A stretch of DNA of 64,000 nucleotides, from contig NZ_JAOPWY010000192.1 in the NCBI RefSeq assembly GCF_025965415.1, positions 2,979 to 66,978 on the forward strand, in the 5' to 3' direction. Below the pieces are notes generated by a model. That model was given only the letters and a program-made list of their open reading frames with translations. It made no database searches and was not told the DNA's origin. This document shows positions 1 through 9,667 of the stretch, piece after piece. The position numbers and the translations under genes were made by a program. Position 1 is the stretch's first letter; each line of letters begins with the position of its first letter. The DNA comes from Nocardioides sp. GTDB taxonomy: Bacteria > Actinomycetota > Actinomycetes > Propionibacteriales > Nocardioidaceae.

Positions 1-84
1 CAGGGCCATGGCGAGGCCGCCGAGGAGGACGAGGATGCCCACCACCACGGTGAAGGCGACACTGTCGCGACGTCCTCGGTGCAT
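1..84 (-). CDS. N-terminus of a membrane protein that runs off the window edge (possibly a PrsW-family protease)
   Basis: ATG at 84 reads MHRGRRDSVAFTVVVGILVLLGGLAMAL, a hydrophobic TM segment. TAGGGT -10 lies 6 nt upstream (leaderless). The family is a guess. Confidence 0.5.
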   Translation of the reverse strand, partial: MHRGRRDSVAFTVVVGILVLLGGLAMAL

Positions 85-187
85 GGCTCGACCCTAACGG
101 AGCGGGGTGCTCGCCCCCGCCTCCCGCACCCCTACGGGCGGGAGGTCCCGGCCCGCCCACGGCAGGCGCTCGTCGTACAGTGAGCAG

Positions 188-1585
188 GTGAGCGAGCCGA
201 CTGCCGAGAACCCCGCCGTGACCACCGCCGAGGACGCTGCCGACCTCAAGACCGAGTCGCACGACCCGGCCGTGCCCGCCGCCTACGCCGCCTTCATGCG
301 CGAGGGCTGGGGCGAGCGGCAGCTGGAGCTGCCGCGCCACTCGGTCGCCGACCGGGCCGCCGCGCGCCGCGCGAAGCTGGCCGTGGCGTTCCCCGGCGAG
401 CGCCTGCTGCTGCCGGCCGGCACCTACAAGGTCCGCGCCAACGACACCGACTACCGCTTCCGTCCCGACACGGCCCACACCTACTTCTCCGGTAACCAGA
501 CCTCGGACGCGGTACTGGTGATCGACGACGGCGAGTCGGTGCTCTACGCCCGGCCGCGCTCGGAGCGCGACACCGACGAGTTCTTCCGCGACCGGCAGTA
601 CGGCGAGCTGTGGGCGGGGCGACGGCCGTCGGCCCAGGAGATCTCCGACTCGCTCGGGATCGAGGTCCGCCACGTCAAGGACCTGCCGTCCTTCGAGGAC
701 GACCGCAAGACCCGCGACCTCACCACCGACCAGGACCTGGGCCGCGTCGCCGACGAGCTCCGGCTGGTCAAGGACGAGTGGGAGGTCGCCGAGCTCCAGG
801 AGGCCTGCGACATCACCACCCTCGGCTTCGAGGACTCGGTGCGCGAGTGGGACCGGGTGCTCGAGTTCGGCGAGCGCTGGATCGAGGGCACCTTCTTCCG
901 CCGCGCCCGCGCGATGGGCAACGACATCGGCTACGACTCGATCTGCGCGGGCGGCTCGCACGCCACGACGCTGCACTGGATCGACAACACCGGCGCGATC
1001 GAGCCGGGCAAGCTGGTGCTGCTCGACATGGGCGTCGAGGGCCGCAACCTCTATACCGCCGACGTCACGCGCACGCTCCCGGTCGACGGCACGTTCACGC
1101 CGCTGCAGCGCGACCTCTACGACCTGGTGCTCACCGCCCAGCAGAAGGGCATCGAGGCCGTACGCCCCGGCGTCCCGTTCCTCGCCGCGCACACCGCAGC
1201 CATGGAGGTGCTCGCCCACGGCCTGTCCGACCTCGGGCTGCTCCCGGTCCCGGCCGAGGAGGCGCTCGACCCCGAGTCGAAGCTCTATGCCCGCTGGACC
1301 CTGCACGGCACCTCGCACATGCTCGGCATGGACGTCCACGACTGCGCTCGGACCTCGGTCGACATCTACCCCAAGGGCGACCTCGCCGAGGGCATGGTGC
1401 TCACCGTCGAGCCCGGCCTCTACTTCCAGGAGGACGACCTGCTCGTCCCCGAGGAGCTGCGCGGCATCGGCATCCGGATCGAGGACGACATCCTCGTGAC
1501 GGCCGACGGCAGCACCAACCTCTCGGCCTCCCTCCCCCGCACCTCCGCCGACGTGGAGGAGTGGATGGGGCGGAACCGCGGGTAA
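188..1585 (+). CDS. pepP: Xaa-Pro aminopeptidase (M24B)
   Basis: Metal-ligand motifs LLDMGVE, YTADVTRT, HGTSHMLGMDVHD, TVEPGLY, GIRIEDD. GTG 188 lies 6 nt after TACAGT. Confidence 0.92.
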   Translation: MSEPTAENPAVTTAEDAADLKTESHDPAVPAAYAAFMREGWGERQLELPRHSVADRAAARRAKLAVAFPGERLLLPAGTYKVRANDTDYRFRPDTAHTYFSGNQTSDAVLVIDDGESVLYARPRSERDTDEFFRDRQYGELWAGRRPSAQEISDSLGIEVRHVKDLPSFEDDRKTRDLTTDQDLGRVADELRLVKDEWEVAELQEACDITTLGFEDSVREWDRVLEFGERWIEGTFFRRARAMGNDIGYDSICAGGSHATTLHWIDNTGAIEPGKLVLLDMGVEGRNLYTADVTRTLPVDGTFTPLQRDLYDLVLTAQQKGIEAVRPGVPFLAAHTAAMEVLAHGLSDLGLLPVPAEEALDPESKLYARWTLHGTSHMLGMDVHDCARTSVDIYPKGDLAEGMVLTVEPGLYFQEDDLLVPEELRGIGIRIEDDILVTADGSTNLSASLPRTSADVEEWMGRNRG

Positions 1586-1587
1586 CG

Positions 1588-2694
1588 GTGGACTGCCACC
1601 ACGACGACGCCTTCCGCTGCCGCTCCTGCACGCTGCTGGAGGTCCCGCGGGCCCGCCAGCTGTCCGACAAGGCGGCGCACGCGCGCTCCCTCGTCGACTC
1701 ACCGGTGTGGCTGCCGACGGTGGCCGGGGCGGAGGCGGGCTTCCGCAACAAGGCGAAGATGGCGGTCGGCGGGACCGTCGACGCCCCGACCCTGGGGATC
1801 CTCGACCGCGGCCTCGCCGGGATCGACCTGCGTGACTGCGGCCTGCACTCCCCCGGGCTCACGACGGCCCTGGGCGGGATCGCCGACTGGATCCGCGACG
1901 CCGGCCTGCCGCCGTACGACGTGGCGACGCGCAGCGGCGAGCTCAAGCACGTGCTGCTGACCGAGTCGCCCGACGCCGAGCTGATGCTGAGGCTGGTGAT
2001 GCGGTCGACGGCGCTGGAGGCGCGGGTGCGCTCGCGCCTGCCCGACCTGCTGCGCGCCGTGCCGGGCCTGCGGGTGGTGACGCTCAACGTGCAGCCCGAG
2101 CACAAGGCCGTGCTGGAGGGCGAGCGGGAGATCGTGCTGACGCCGGAGTCGACGATGCCGATGCGGCTGGCGACCGGGGTGAGCCTGTGGCTCGGCCCGC
2201 AGTCGTTCTTCCAGACCAACACCGCGATCGCCGAGGCGCTCTACGACCAGGCGCGGACCTGGGTCGATGCGCTGCCGGACGTCCGCACGATCTGGGACCT
2301 CTACTGCGGGGTCGGCGGGTTCGCGCTGCACCTCGCGGCGCCGGGTCGCGAGGTCGTGGGGGTCGAGGCGTCGGCCGAGGCGATCCGGTCGGCCACGAGC
2401 GCGCAGGCGGCCGGCACGGCGTTCGTCGCCGCCGACGCCACCGCGTGGGCGCTCGAGCAGGCGGCCGTCCCCCACCTCGTGCTGGTCAACCCACCCCGGC
2501 GTGGCATCGGCACCGAGCTCGCGGGCTGGCTGGAGGCCTCAGGGGTGCAGCACGTCGTCTACTCCTCGTGCAACGCCGAGTCGCTGGCGCGGGACCTGGC
2601 ACTGATGCCGTCGCTGCGACCGGTCGAGGCGAGGGTGCTCGACATGTTCCCCCACACCACCCACTACGAGGTGCTGGTGCTCCTCACCCGGTGA
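1588..2694 (+). CDS. rlmC: 23S rRNA uracil-C5 methyltransferase, RlmC/RlmD family
   Basis: N-terminal C-x7-CRSC Fe-S motif, FRNKAKM, SFFQTN, DLYCGVGGF, VNPPRRG, YSSCN, DMFPHTTHYE. This is the C-terminal part of track ORF 610..2694. Confidence 0.85.
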   Translation: MDCHHDDAFRCRSCTLLEVPRARQLSDKAAHARSLVDSPVWLPTVAGAEAGFRNKAKMAVGGTVDAPTLGILDRGLAGIDLRDCGLHSPGLTTALGGIADWIRDAGLPPYDVATRSGELKHVLLTESPDAELMLRLVMRSTALEARVRSRLPDLLRAVPGLRVVTLNVQPEHKAVLEGEREIVLTPESTMPMRLATGVSLWLGPQSFFQTNTAIAEALYDQARTWVDALPDVRTIWDLYCGVGGFALHLAAPGREVVGVEASAEAIRSATSAQAAGTAFVAADATAWALEQAAVPHLVLVNPPRRGIGTELAGWLEASGVQHVVYSSCNAESLARDLALMPSLRPVEARVLDMFPHTTHYEVLVLLTR

Positions 2695-2699
2695 GGGGA

Positions 2700-3317
2700 T
2701 CAGCCGCGGCGGACCTTCGAACCCTTGCCGATGCTGTTCTCCCGGATGACGCCGTCACGGTGGCCGTCGTCGGCCATGAGCACGATCTCGGCCTGGTCCG
2801 GGTCCGTCGGCATCTCGAACGTGACGACCCCCACCCCGACCTGCACCCAGCGGGGCGCGCCGATGCACGACGTCGGCAGCGTCATCGTCACCGTGTCGGC
2901 CGCCTCGTCGATCCTCGCGCGGAGCCCGCGGCACTCGACGTCACGAGAGGGGCCTCGCCCCAGGACCGCGTGGGTCCGTGAACCCCGCTCCCTCGAGACG
3001 TCGACGCCGTAACTCCCCAGCGGCGTCGCGACCCGCGCGAACGCGGAGAAGTAGTCCGTTCGCCGGAGGTCCGCGACGTGGACGGTGATGGCCAGACGCC
3101 GGTCTCCGTGGGCGACGACGGTCCGCATGACGTCGGCACTCGTGTCCTCGGGCGCCGGGACGAAGACGTCGTTCCCGCTGTCCGGCTCGACGGTGTACTG
3201 CAGCGAGTCGCCGACGGCGTCCTCGGTCACCACCTTCTCGGCGTGGGCCGCAGCGGGGAGCAGCAGGACGGCGGGGACGAGGGCGGCCAGGAGCCGCGCG
3301 GCAGGGCGCAGTGACAT
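2700..3317 (-). CDS. Secreted hypothetical protein
   Basis: Signal peptide MSLRPAARLLAALVPAVLLLPAAAHA|E followed by a beta-rich domain with two Cys. Confidence 0.7.
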   Translation of the reverse strand: MSLRPAARLLAALVPAVLLLPAAAHAEKVVTEDAVGDSLQYTVEPDSGNDVFVPAPEDTSADVMRTVVAHGDRRLAITVHVADLRRTDYFSAFARVATPLGSYGVDVSRERGSRTHAVLGRGPSRDVECRGLRARIDEAADTVTMTLPTSCIGAPRWVQVGVGVVTFEMPTDPDQAEIVLMADDGHRDGVIRENSIGKGSKVRRG

Positions 3318-3363
3318 GCGGCGAACCCTAGTCAGGCGAGCCCTGACGTGTGAGGTGAAGCAC

Positions 3364-3390
3364 GGAATCCGCGGCCCGGAGCATCGGTTG
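3364..3390 (+). promoter_or_regulatory. SigR/SigH-type ECF sigma promoter
   Basis: GGAAT(3364-68)-N18-GTTG(3387-90), an exact match to the SigR consensus. Confidence 0.7.
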
Positions 3391-3398
3391 AAATCTGG

Positions 3399-3515
3399 GT
3401 GAGCGCATCCCTGACCGTCCCCGCGACCGTCGGCGACCTGCTGACGCACCGGCGTGCGATCGACCTCGCGCGCACCGAGAGCGCGCTCTGTCGCCTCGGG
3501 CGCACCGTCGGCTGA
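3399..3515 (+). CDS. Putative Cys-containing leader peptide (38 aa)
   Basis: GTG..TGA reads MSASLTVPATVGDLLTHRRAIDLARTESALCRLGRTVG. It carries the RRxIDLxRxxSxLC motif of actinobacterial sulfur-gene leader peptides. Confidence 0.72.
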   Translation: MSASLTVPATVGDLLTHRRAIDLARTESALCRLGRTVG

Positions 3516-3574
3516 ATCCACTGCGTCCTTCGTCCGGTCTCATCCGGGCGGCCCCGAAAGGTTACTTTTTCACT

Positions 3575-4981
3575 ATGGCTACTTCTGTTACGGAGGCGAA
3601 GAGGCCCACCGGCCTCAAGCTCCCCTCGTTCGGCGTCCAGGTCCTGATCGGACTGGTCCTCGGCGTGGCCCTCGGGCTCCTTGCCCGCACCATGGGCGCC
3701 GACGGCGTCGACGCCACCACCGGCGAGGTCGACCCCAACTGGCTCACCGAGACCCTCAGCACCGTCGGCGGCACGTTCGTGACGCTGCTTCGCGCGGTCG
3801 TCCCGCCGCTGGTCTTCCTCGCGATCGTCGCGTCGATCGCCAACCTGCGTGACGTCACCGGTGCCGCACGGCTGGCGTGGAAGACGCTGGCCTGGTTCGC
3901 CATCACGGCACTGATCGCCGTCGCGATCGGCATCACGCTCGGCCTGGTGCTGCAGCCGGGGGAGCACACGAGCGTGGCGGCGGAGGCCGCGTCGGCCCCG
4001 TCGACGACCGGCTCGTGGCTCGACTTCCTGACCGGCCTGGTCCCCGCCAACGTGCTGGGCCTGGAGGGCTCGGCCGGCGACGACGGCAGCGTCTCGATGT
4101 CGTTCAACGTGCTGCAGATCCTGGTCGTCGCGATCGCCACCGGCATCGCCACGCTCAAGGTCGGCGAGGCCGCCGACCCGTTCCTCGGCTTCGTCCGCTC
4201 GGCGCTCGCCGTCGTGCAGAAGGTGCTGTGGTGGATCATCCTGCTCGCCCCGATCGCCACGATCGGCCTGCTCGGCAACGCCGTCGCCAGCTATGGCTGG
4301 GACGCGCTCGGCTCGCTCGGCACGTTCACCCTGGCCATCTACGCCGGCCTGCTGATCGTCCTGCTCGGCGTCTACCCGGCACTGCTGCGGCTCAACGGCC
4401 TGTCGGTGAAGCAGTTCTTCTCCGGTGCGTGGCCCGCGATCTCGCTGGCCTTCGTGTCGCGCTCGTCGGTCGGCACGATGCCGGTCACCGAGTCCGTCAC
4501 CGAGCGCAACCTCGGCGTCCCGCGCTCCTACGCGTCCTTCGCCGTGCCGCTCGGCGCGACCACCAAGATGGACGGCTGCGCCTCGATCTACCCGGCGATC
4601 TCGGCGATCTTCGTCGCGCAGTTCTTCGGCCTCGACCTGTCGATCACCGACTACGTCCTCATCGCGTTCGTCTCGGTCATCGGCTCGGCGGCCACCGCCG
4701 GCGTCACCGGCGCCACGGTGATGCTGACGCTGACCCTGTCGACGCTCGGCCTGCCCCTGGAGGGCGTGGGCCTGCTGCTCGCGATCGACCCGATCCTCGA
4801 CATGGGTCGCACCGCGGTCAACGTCACCGGCCAGGCACTCGTGCCGACGCTCGTGGCCAAGCGCGAGGGCATCCTCGACCAGGCGGCGTACGACGCCCCG
4901 CGTGGGCGTGGGGCCTGGCGCGACGAGCCGGCGACCGAGCCGGCCGCGTCGCTCCCCCGGCCGAGCCACGCCTCGGCCTGA
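3575..4981 (+). CDS. Dicarboxylate/amino acid:cation symporter (DAACS)
   Basis: AFVSRSSVGTMP, PLGATTKMDG, DPILDMGRTAVNVTG; multiple TMs. Confidence 0.92.
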   Translation: MATSVTEAKRPTGLKLPSFGVQVLIGLVLGVALGLLARTMGADGVDATTGEVDPNWLTETLSTVGGTFVTLLRAVVPPLVFLAIVASIANLRDVTGAARLAWKTLAWFAITALIAVAIGITLGLVLQPGEHTSVAAEAASAPSTTGSWLDFLTGLVPANVLGLEGSAGDDGSVSMSFNVLQILVVAIATGIATLKVGEAADPFLGFVRSALAVVQKVLWWIILLAPIATIGLLGNAVASYGWDALGSLGTFTLAIYAGLLIVLLGVYPALLRLNGLSVKQFFSGAWPAISLAFVSRSSVGTMPVTESVTERNLGVPRSYASFAVPLGATTKMDGCASIYPAISAIFVAQFFGLDLSITDYVLIAFVSVIGSAATAGVTGATVMLTLTLSTLGLPLEGVGLLLAIDPILDMGRTAVNVTGQALVPTLVAKREGILDQAAYDAPRGRGAWRDEPATEPAASLPRPSHASA

Positions 4982-5025
4982 CCGGCGCCACGACCGGGGG
5001 CCGTGCTGGGATACTTTGCGGCACG

Positions 5026-5101
5026 GCCCCCGTGGCGCAATGGATAGCGCAACGGCCTTCTAATCCGTTGGTTGCAGGTTCGAGTCCTGCCGGGGGCGCC
5101 A
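5026..5101 (+). tRNA. tRNA-Arg(TCT)
   Basis: Acceptor GCCCCCG/CGGGGGC, anticodon loop CTTCTAA, T-loop GGTTCGAGTCC, encoded CCA. Confidence 0.95.
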
Positions 5102-5235
5102 TCCCCAGTCCGTGGCGGAGGCCGCACCGCGACACGCGGCGCCGCCTCCGTCGCGGCGACACCGAACCCCGACAGGATGGGCGCAGGCCCCGCCACGTAT
5201 GAGGTTGCGGGGCCGAATACTTTCCCGGCGCAGGG

Positions 5236-6255
5236 TCAGCGCGGCCGAGCGGCGTACGCCTCGATCTCGGCCCCGATCCGCGCCTTGACCTCCTCGGGCG
5301 CGAACGACGCGTCGACGGCCGCCCGCGCCAGGTCGGCCACCCCTCGCTCGTCGAGGTCGAGCAGGCCGGCGGCCACCTCGTAGTCGTGGTTGAGGGTGGT
5401 GGCGAACATCGGCGGGTCGTCGGAGTTGATCGTCACCGTGACCCCGGCCTCGACGAACGCCCGCAGGGGGTGGTCCTCGATCCGGTCGACCGCCCGGGTC
5501 GCGATGTTGGACGTCGGGCAGACCTCGAGGACGACACCGGTGCCGGCGAGGTGCGCCAGCAGCTCGGGGTCCTGCGCGGCCGAGCAGCCGTGGCCGATCC
5601 GCTCGGCGCCGAGCAGGCGCAGCGAGTCCCAGACGGTCTCGGGACCCGTGGTCTCGCCGGCGTGCGGGACCGAGCGCAGCCCGGCGGCGCGGGCGGCCTC
5701 GAAGTGCGGCGCGAACTGGGCGCGTGGCACCCCGATCTCCGGCCCGCCCAGCCCGAAGCCGACGAGCGCGTCGGTGCGGTGCTCCAGCGCGTACTCCACG
5801 GTGGCGTCCGCCGCAGGCAGCCCGGACTCCCCCGGGATGTCGTAGACCCAGCGCAGCACGAGCCCGAAGTCGCGCTCCGCCGCGACCCGGGCGTCCTCGA
5901 TCGCGTCGGTGTAGTCCTGGATCGCGATGCCGCGCAGCACCGAGGTGTACGGCGTGCAGGTGAGCTCGGCGTAGCGGAGGTTCTGCCCCTCCGCCATCTC
6001 GCGCGCCACCTCGTAGGTCAGCAGCCGGATGTCCTCCGGCGTGCGGATCAGATCGACGACCGCGAGGTAGACGTCGATGAAGTGGGCGAAGTCGCGGAAG
6101 GTGAAGAACTCCTTGAGTCCCTCGAGGTCGCTGGGGACGCCGGCGTCGGGATGGCGCGCCGCGAGCTCGGAGACGATCCGCGGCGACGCCGACCCGACGT
6201 GGTGGACGTGCAGCTCGGCCTTCGGGAGGCCGGCGATGAACGACTGGAGGCTCAC
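5236..6255 (-). CDS. add: Adenosine deaminase family protein
   Basis: PKAELHVH, HAGET, ERIGHG, EVCPTSN, NSDDPPMF. Confidence 0.9.
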   Translation of the reverse strand: MSLQSFIAGLPKAELHVHHVGSASPRIVSELAARHPDAGVPSDLEGLKEFFTFRDFAHFIDVYLAVVDLIRTPEDIRLLTYEVAREMAEGQNLRYAELTCTPYTSVLRGIAIQDYTDAIEDARVAAERDFGLVLRWVYDIPGESGLPAADATVEYALEHRTDALVGFGLGGPEIGVPRAQFAPHFEAARAAGLRSVPHAGETTGPETVWDSLRLLGAERIGHGCSAAQDPELLAHLAGTGVVLEVCPTSNIATRAVDRIEDHPLRAFVEAGVTVTINSDDPPMFATTLNHDYEVAAGLLDLDERGVADLARAAVDASFAPEEVKARIGAEIEAYAARPR

Positions 6256-6279
6256 GCCGCGCAGTCTCTCAGCCGGGCC

Positions 6280-7062
6280 TCAGCCGGCCGAACCGACCAT
6301 CTCCGCGGCGATGTCCTCGATGGTCTGGCCCGTCGCCTTCTCGCCGTCGATGAGCACCGTCGGCGTGGAGTTGACCCCCGCCTTCGAGGCCGCCTCGCCG
6401 GCCGCGTCGACCCAGCCCTCGAAGGCCATGTCCTCGATCCCGGGGCGTACGTCGGCCTCGGTGGCACCGGCCTCGACGGCCAGGTCGACGAGGTCGTCCT
6501 TGCTCGGGAAGGGGCCCTTCTCGGACGGCTGGTTGTCGAAGAGCAGGTCGTGGAAGGCCTTGGCCACGTCGGGGCCGGCGGCGTCGAGCACGACGGCGAA
6601 GGCGTTGGCGGACTCGGGCGAGTAGTCGCTGATGCGCTCGAGGAACGGAAGCGGGCGGTACTCGACGCTGACCTCACCGGCCTCGACCGCCGCGTCGAGC
6701 CGGTCGCGCACGGTCTTCTCCAGCTGGCCGCAGAAGGGGCAGAGGAAGTCTTCATAGACCACGACCTGCCTCGGCGCGTCGGCGTCGCCGATCACGACGC
6801 CGTAGCTGCCCGAGGCCCCGTTGGGCGGGGTGCTCGGCTTGTCGGACCCCAGGGTGGAGATCAAGAAGTAGCCACCGACGATCAGCACCAGCACGCCGGC
6901 GACCAGCCCGAAGCGGGTGAGCTGCTCCTTGCGCCTGGCCGCCTTGCGGCGCTCCTCGGCCTGCTCGCGGGCGCGCTCGGTCCGGGCGCGGCGCGCATCC
7001 CGCTTGGCCTGCGTCGCGGCCTTCTCCTCAGCGGTCCTGTGCGAGGTCTTCTTCTGCGCCAT
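6280..7062 (-). CDS. Membrane-anchored DsbA-family thioredoxin protein
   Basis: TM anchor, YEDFLCPFC (CxxC), cis-Pro loop VNSTPT. Confidence 0.88.
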   Translation of the reverse strand: MAQKKTSHRTAEEKAATQAKRDARRARTERAREQAEERRKAARRKEQLTRFGLVAGVLVLIVGGYFLISTLGSDKPSTPPNGASGSYGVVIGDADAPRQVVVYEDFLCPFCGQLEKTVRDRLDAAVEAGEVSVEYRPLPFLERISDYSPESANAFAVVLDAAGPDVAKAFHDLLFDNQPSEKGPFPSKDDLVDLAVEAGATEADVRPGIEDMAFEGWVDAAGEAASKAGVNSTPTVLIDGEKATGQTIEDIAAEMVGSAG

Positions 7063-7555
7063 CGAGGCTTCCTTCGTCTTCGGTGGTGGGGTCCATCTCG
7101 GTCGTTCGGGGGAAGAGGACGGCCTCCAGGGCCAGCCTGGACCGGGGGCGCACGGCGAGCCAGAGGCTCAGGCCCAGCAGTCCGACGTCGCGGGCGATCT
7201 CGCCGGGATACTTCGCGGCCGCGTCCGGGATCTCGCCGCCCCCGCCGAAGCAGCCGCAGTCGATCGACAGCCCGCGCGCCCAGGCGCTGGAGATGCCGAT
7301 GATGAAGGCGACGAACAGCACGGCAGAGACCACCGAGGTGCCGCGCACCATCACGCCCAGCACCAGGCACAGGCCGATCACGACCTCGACCACCGGCAGC
7401 AGGTGCCCGACAGCCGGGACGACCGCCTCCGGCAGGAGGTCGTAGGCCCGCACGGCTCGCACGCTGTCGGCGGGGTAGGGCAGCTTGAGCGCGCCCGCCA
7501 CGATCCACACACCGCCCGTCACCAGGCGTGCGACGAGGCCGAACCAGTCCTTCAC
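7028..7555 (-). CDS. MauE/DoxX family redox membrane protein
   Basis: [28 protein letters not shown]. Confidence 0.85.
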   Translation of the reverse strand: MKDWFGLVARLVTGGVWIVAGALKLPYPADSVRAVRAYDLLPEAVVPAVGHLLPVVEVVIGLCLVLGVMVRGTSVVSAVLFVAFIIGISSAWARGLSIDCGCFGGGGEIPDAAAKYPGEIARDVGLLGLSLWLAVRPRSRLALEAVLFPRTTEMDPTTEDEGSLDGAEEDLAQDR

Positions 7556-7631
7556 ATCCCGAAGGGTAGGAGGTGTCCCTGAATCGTGCCTGAGAGAGGG
7601 GCGTCCGAGGGGGTCGGTAGTGTGGCCGGTC

Positions 7632-8312
7632 GTGAGCGACAGACTGGTGTGGATCGACTGTGAGATGACCGGCCTCGACCTCGGCGCGGACGCGCTGATC
7701 GAGGTCGCGGCCCTCGTCACGGACTTCGAGCTCAACGTCCTCGGCGAGGGCGTCGACGTGATCATCAAGCCGTCGCAGGAGTCGCTGGACCAGATGGTCG
7801 ACTTCGTGCGGAGCATGCACGAGAAGTCCGGCCTGCTCGACGAGCTAGCCGGAGGTACGACGCTCGCCGACGCCGAGCAGCAGGTGCTGGCCTACATCCG
7901 GGAGCACTGCCCCGACGGGAGCCGGCCGCCGCTGGCCGGCAACACGGTGGCCACCGACCGCGCCTACCTCGCCCGCGACATGCCGGCGCTCGAGTCGTTC
8001 CTGCACTACCGGATCGTCGACGTCTCCTCGATCAAGGAGCTCTCGCGCCGCTGGTTCCCCCGCGCCTACTTCGCCGCCCCGACCAAGCGCGGCAACCACC
8101 GCGCCCTGGCCGACATCCAGGAGAGCATCGAGGAGCTGCGCTACTACCGCGAGGCCGTCTTCGTGCCCCAGCCCGGTCCCGACAGCACCATGGCCCGGGA
8201 GATCGCGGCCCGGCACGGCGGGCAGCTGACCGGGCTCGGCCCGGACGCCACCCCGGACGCCGACCCGAATGCCACCCCGGATGGCACCCCGGATTCAGGG
8301 TCCGCGGGCTGA
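7632..8312 (+). CDS. orn: Oligoribonuclease
   Basis: [38 protein letters not shown]. Confidence 0.96.
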   Translation: MSDRLVWIDCEMTGLDLGADALIEVAALVTDFELNVLGEGVDVIIKPSQESLDQMVDFVRSMHEKSGLLDELAGGTTLADAEQQVLAYIREHCPDGSRPPLAGNTVATDRAYLARDMPALESFLHYRIVDVSSIKELSRRWFPRAYFAAPTKRGNHRALADIQESIEELRYYREAVFVPQPGPDSTMAREIAARHGGQLTGLGPDATPDADPNATPDGTPDSGSAG

Positions 8313-8357
8313 TTGCCCTACACTTCTCGTCGTCCTCGCCTCTGCGCGAGCAGACAT

Positions 8358-8434
8358 GGTGGGTATAGCTCAGCTGGTAGAGCGCCGCCTTGTGGTGGCG
8401 GATGTCGCGGGTTCAAGTCCCGTTACTCACCCCA
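8358..8434 (+). tRNA. tRNA-His(GTG)
   Basis: Encoded G-1, acceptor GTGGGTA/TACTCAC, anticodon arm CCGCC-TTGTGGT-GGCGG, CCA. Confidence 0.95.
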
Positions 8435-8438
8435 ACGA

Positions 8439-8476
8439 GACCGAGCCCCCGACCTGACCAGGTCGGGGGCTCGGTC
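8439..8476. terminator. Hairpin between tRNA-His and the convergent FUSC gene
   Basis: GACCGAGCCCCCGACCTG-AC-CAGGTCGGGGGCTCGGTC perfect inverted repeat. Confidence 0.75.
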
Positions 8477-8487
8477 GTCGTCCGGGC

Positions 8488-9615
8488 TCAGCCCCCGCCA
8501 CCCAAGCGCCGGCGCGACGGCAGCTGCAGGGGCACCGGGGTGCCACCGATCGGGTTGGCCTCGGCGACCCGGCCCATCGCGTCGACGATGTTGCGCAGGT
8601 TGATGATCAGCGCACCGTAGATCGGCCACTCCGGGGAGCGCTCGGTCGCCCTCAGGTCCTCGGTGAAGGCCTCCAGCCGCTCGCGCACCGCCAGCAGGCC
8701 CGCGGGGTCGGCGCCGGCAGCGGCCTGCCCGGCGTCGCCGAGCATCCCGATCCAGGGCCCGGCGAAGGCGTCGCCCCAGGTCTCGCGGTGGGCCCGCTGG
8801 CTGCCCAGCGTGCGACACAGGCTGCGCGCCTCCGCCACCGCCTGCTCCATGCGGCGCAGCAGCTCGTGCCACTGCTGGGGGTCCTTCATCGCCCGGGCCG
8901 AGCGGCGCGGGTTCATCCGCGCGCTCTCCTGTGCCTGCCGCACCAGCGCCCAGGCCCGGTCGAGGTCCCCGTCGAGGTCGCGGGTGCGGTCGATCCACGC
9001 GGTGACGTCCTCGTCCTGGCACCCGTCGCCGAGGCCGCCGGCGATGTCGACCAGCAGCTCACCGATCCTGTCGTCGATGCGGTCCATCGCCCGCGCCGCC
9101 GTACGACGCCGCAGCGGGGGCCAGACGATCACGTTGACGAGCAGGCCGACGGCCACGCCGATCGCGGTGTCGAGCAGCCGCGAGACGAGCAGGACGTCGT
9201 CGTCGAACCCGGTGGTGAGGACCACCAGACCGGTCGTGGCGATGGTCGTGGCCTCGGCGCCCAGCCAGGGCACCGCGCCGAGGAGGAGGGCGAGGACCAG
9301 CAGCAGGGCGATGGCCCCGGTCGTCAGCCCGAGCGTCTCCCCCACCACGGTGGCCAGGAGCACGGCCACCACCGTGGCCGCCACCTGCTGGGTGCCCTTG
9401 GAGAAGGTCCGGTAGACGGTCGCATGGACCACGAGCAGGGCGGCCCACGGGGCGAGGAACGGTTGTGGCAGGTCCAGCAGGCTCGAGGCGATCACCCAGG
9501 CGGCGACGGCAGCCAGCACGGTCTTGGCGAGCTGGAGGACGTCGTTCCACCAGATCGGATCACCGAGCCGTTCGTCGACGCGCTCCCGCAACCGCCCGCC
9601 CATTGTCTCGCTCAT
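8488..9615 (-). CDS. FUSC/aromatic acid exporter family membrane protein
   Basis: QLAKTVLAAVAAW, PFLAPWAALLVV, RLLDTAIGVAVGLLVN. Confidence 0.8.
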   Translation of the reverse strand: MSETMGGRLRERVDERLGDPIWWNDVLQLAKTVLAAVAAWVIASSLLDLPQPFLAPWAALLVVHATVYRTFSKGTQQVAATVVAVLLATVVGETLGLTTGAIALLLVLALLLGAVPWLGAEATTIATTGLVVLTTGFDDDVLLVSRLLDTAIGVAVGLLVNVIVWPPLRRRTAARAMDRIDDRIGELLVDIAGGLGDGCQDEDVTAWIDRTRDLDGDLDRAWALVRQAQESARMNPRRSARAMKDPQQWHELLRRMEQAVAEARSLCRTLGSQRAHRETWGDAFAGPWIGMLGDAGQAAAGADPAGLLAVRERLEAFTEDLRATERSPEWPIYGALIINLRNIVDAMGRVAEANPIGGTPVPLQLPSRRRLGGGG

Positions 9616-9667
9616 CCGCCCGACCCTACGGGCGGTCGGCCCCGACCCACGGATCACGACCCACGGC

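Noticed and set aside
610-1587. Long N-terminal extension of rlmC, or a pepP-rlmC fusion/frameshift
   Set aside because: Off-frame read-through inside pepP. A proper GTG lies 2 nt after the pepP stop.
5051-5069. C-U mismatch in the tRNA-Arg(TCT) anticodon stem as a sign of a pseudo-tRNA
   Set aside because: All other arms and the CCA are intact; a single mismatch next to the loop is tolerated
5102-5235. sRNA after tRNA-Arg
   Set aside because: Two hairpins between convergent transcripts are adequately explained as terminators
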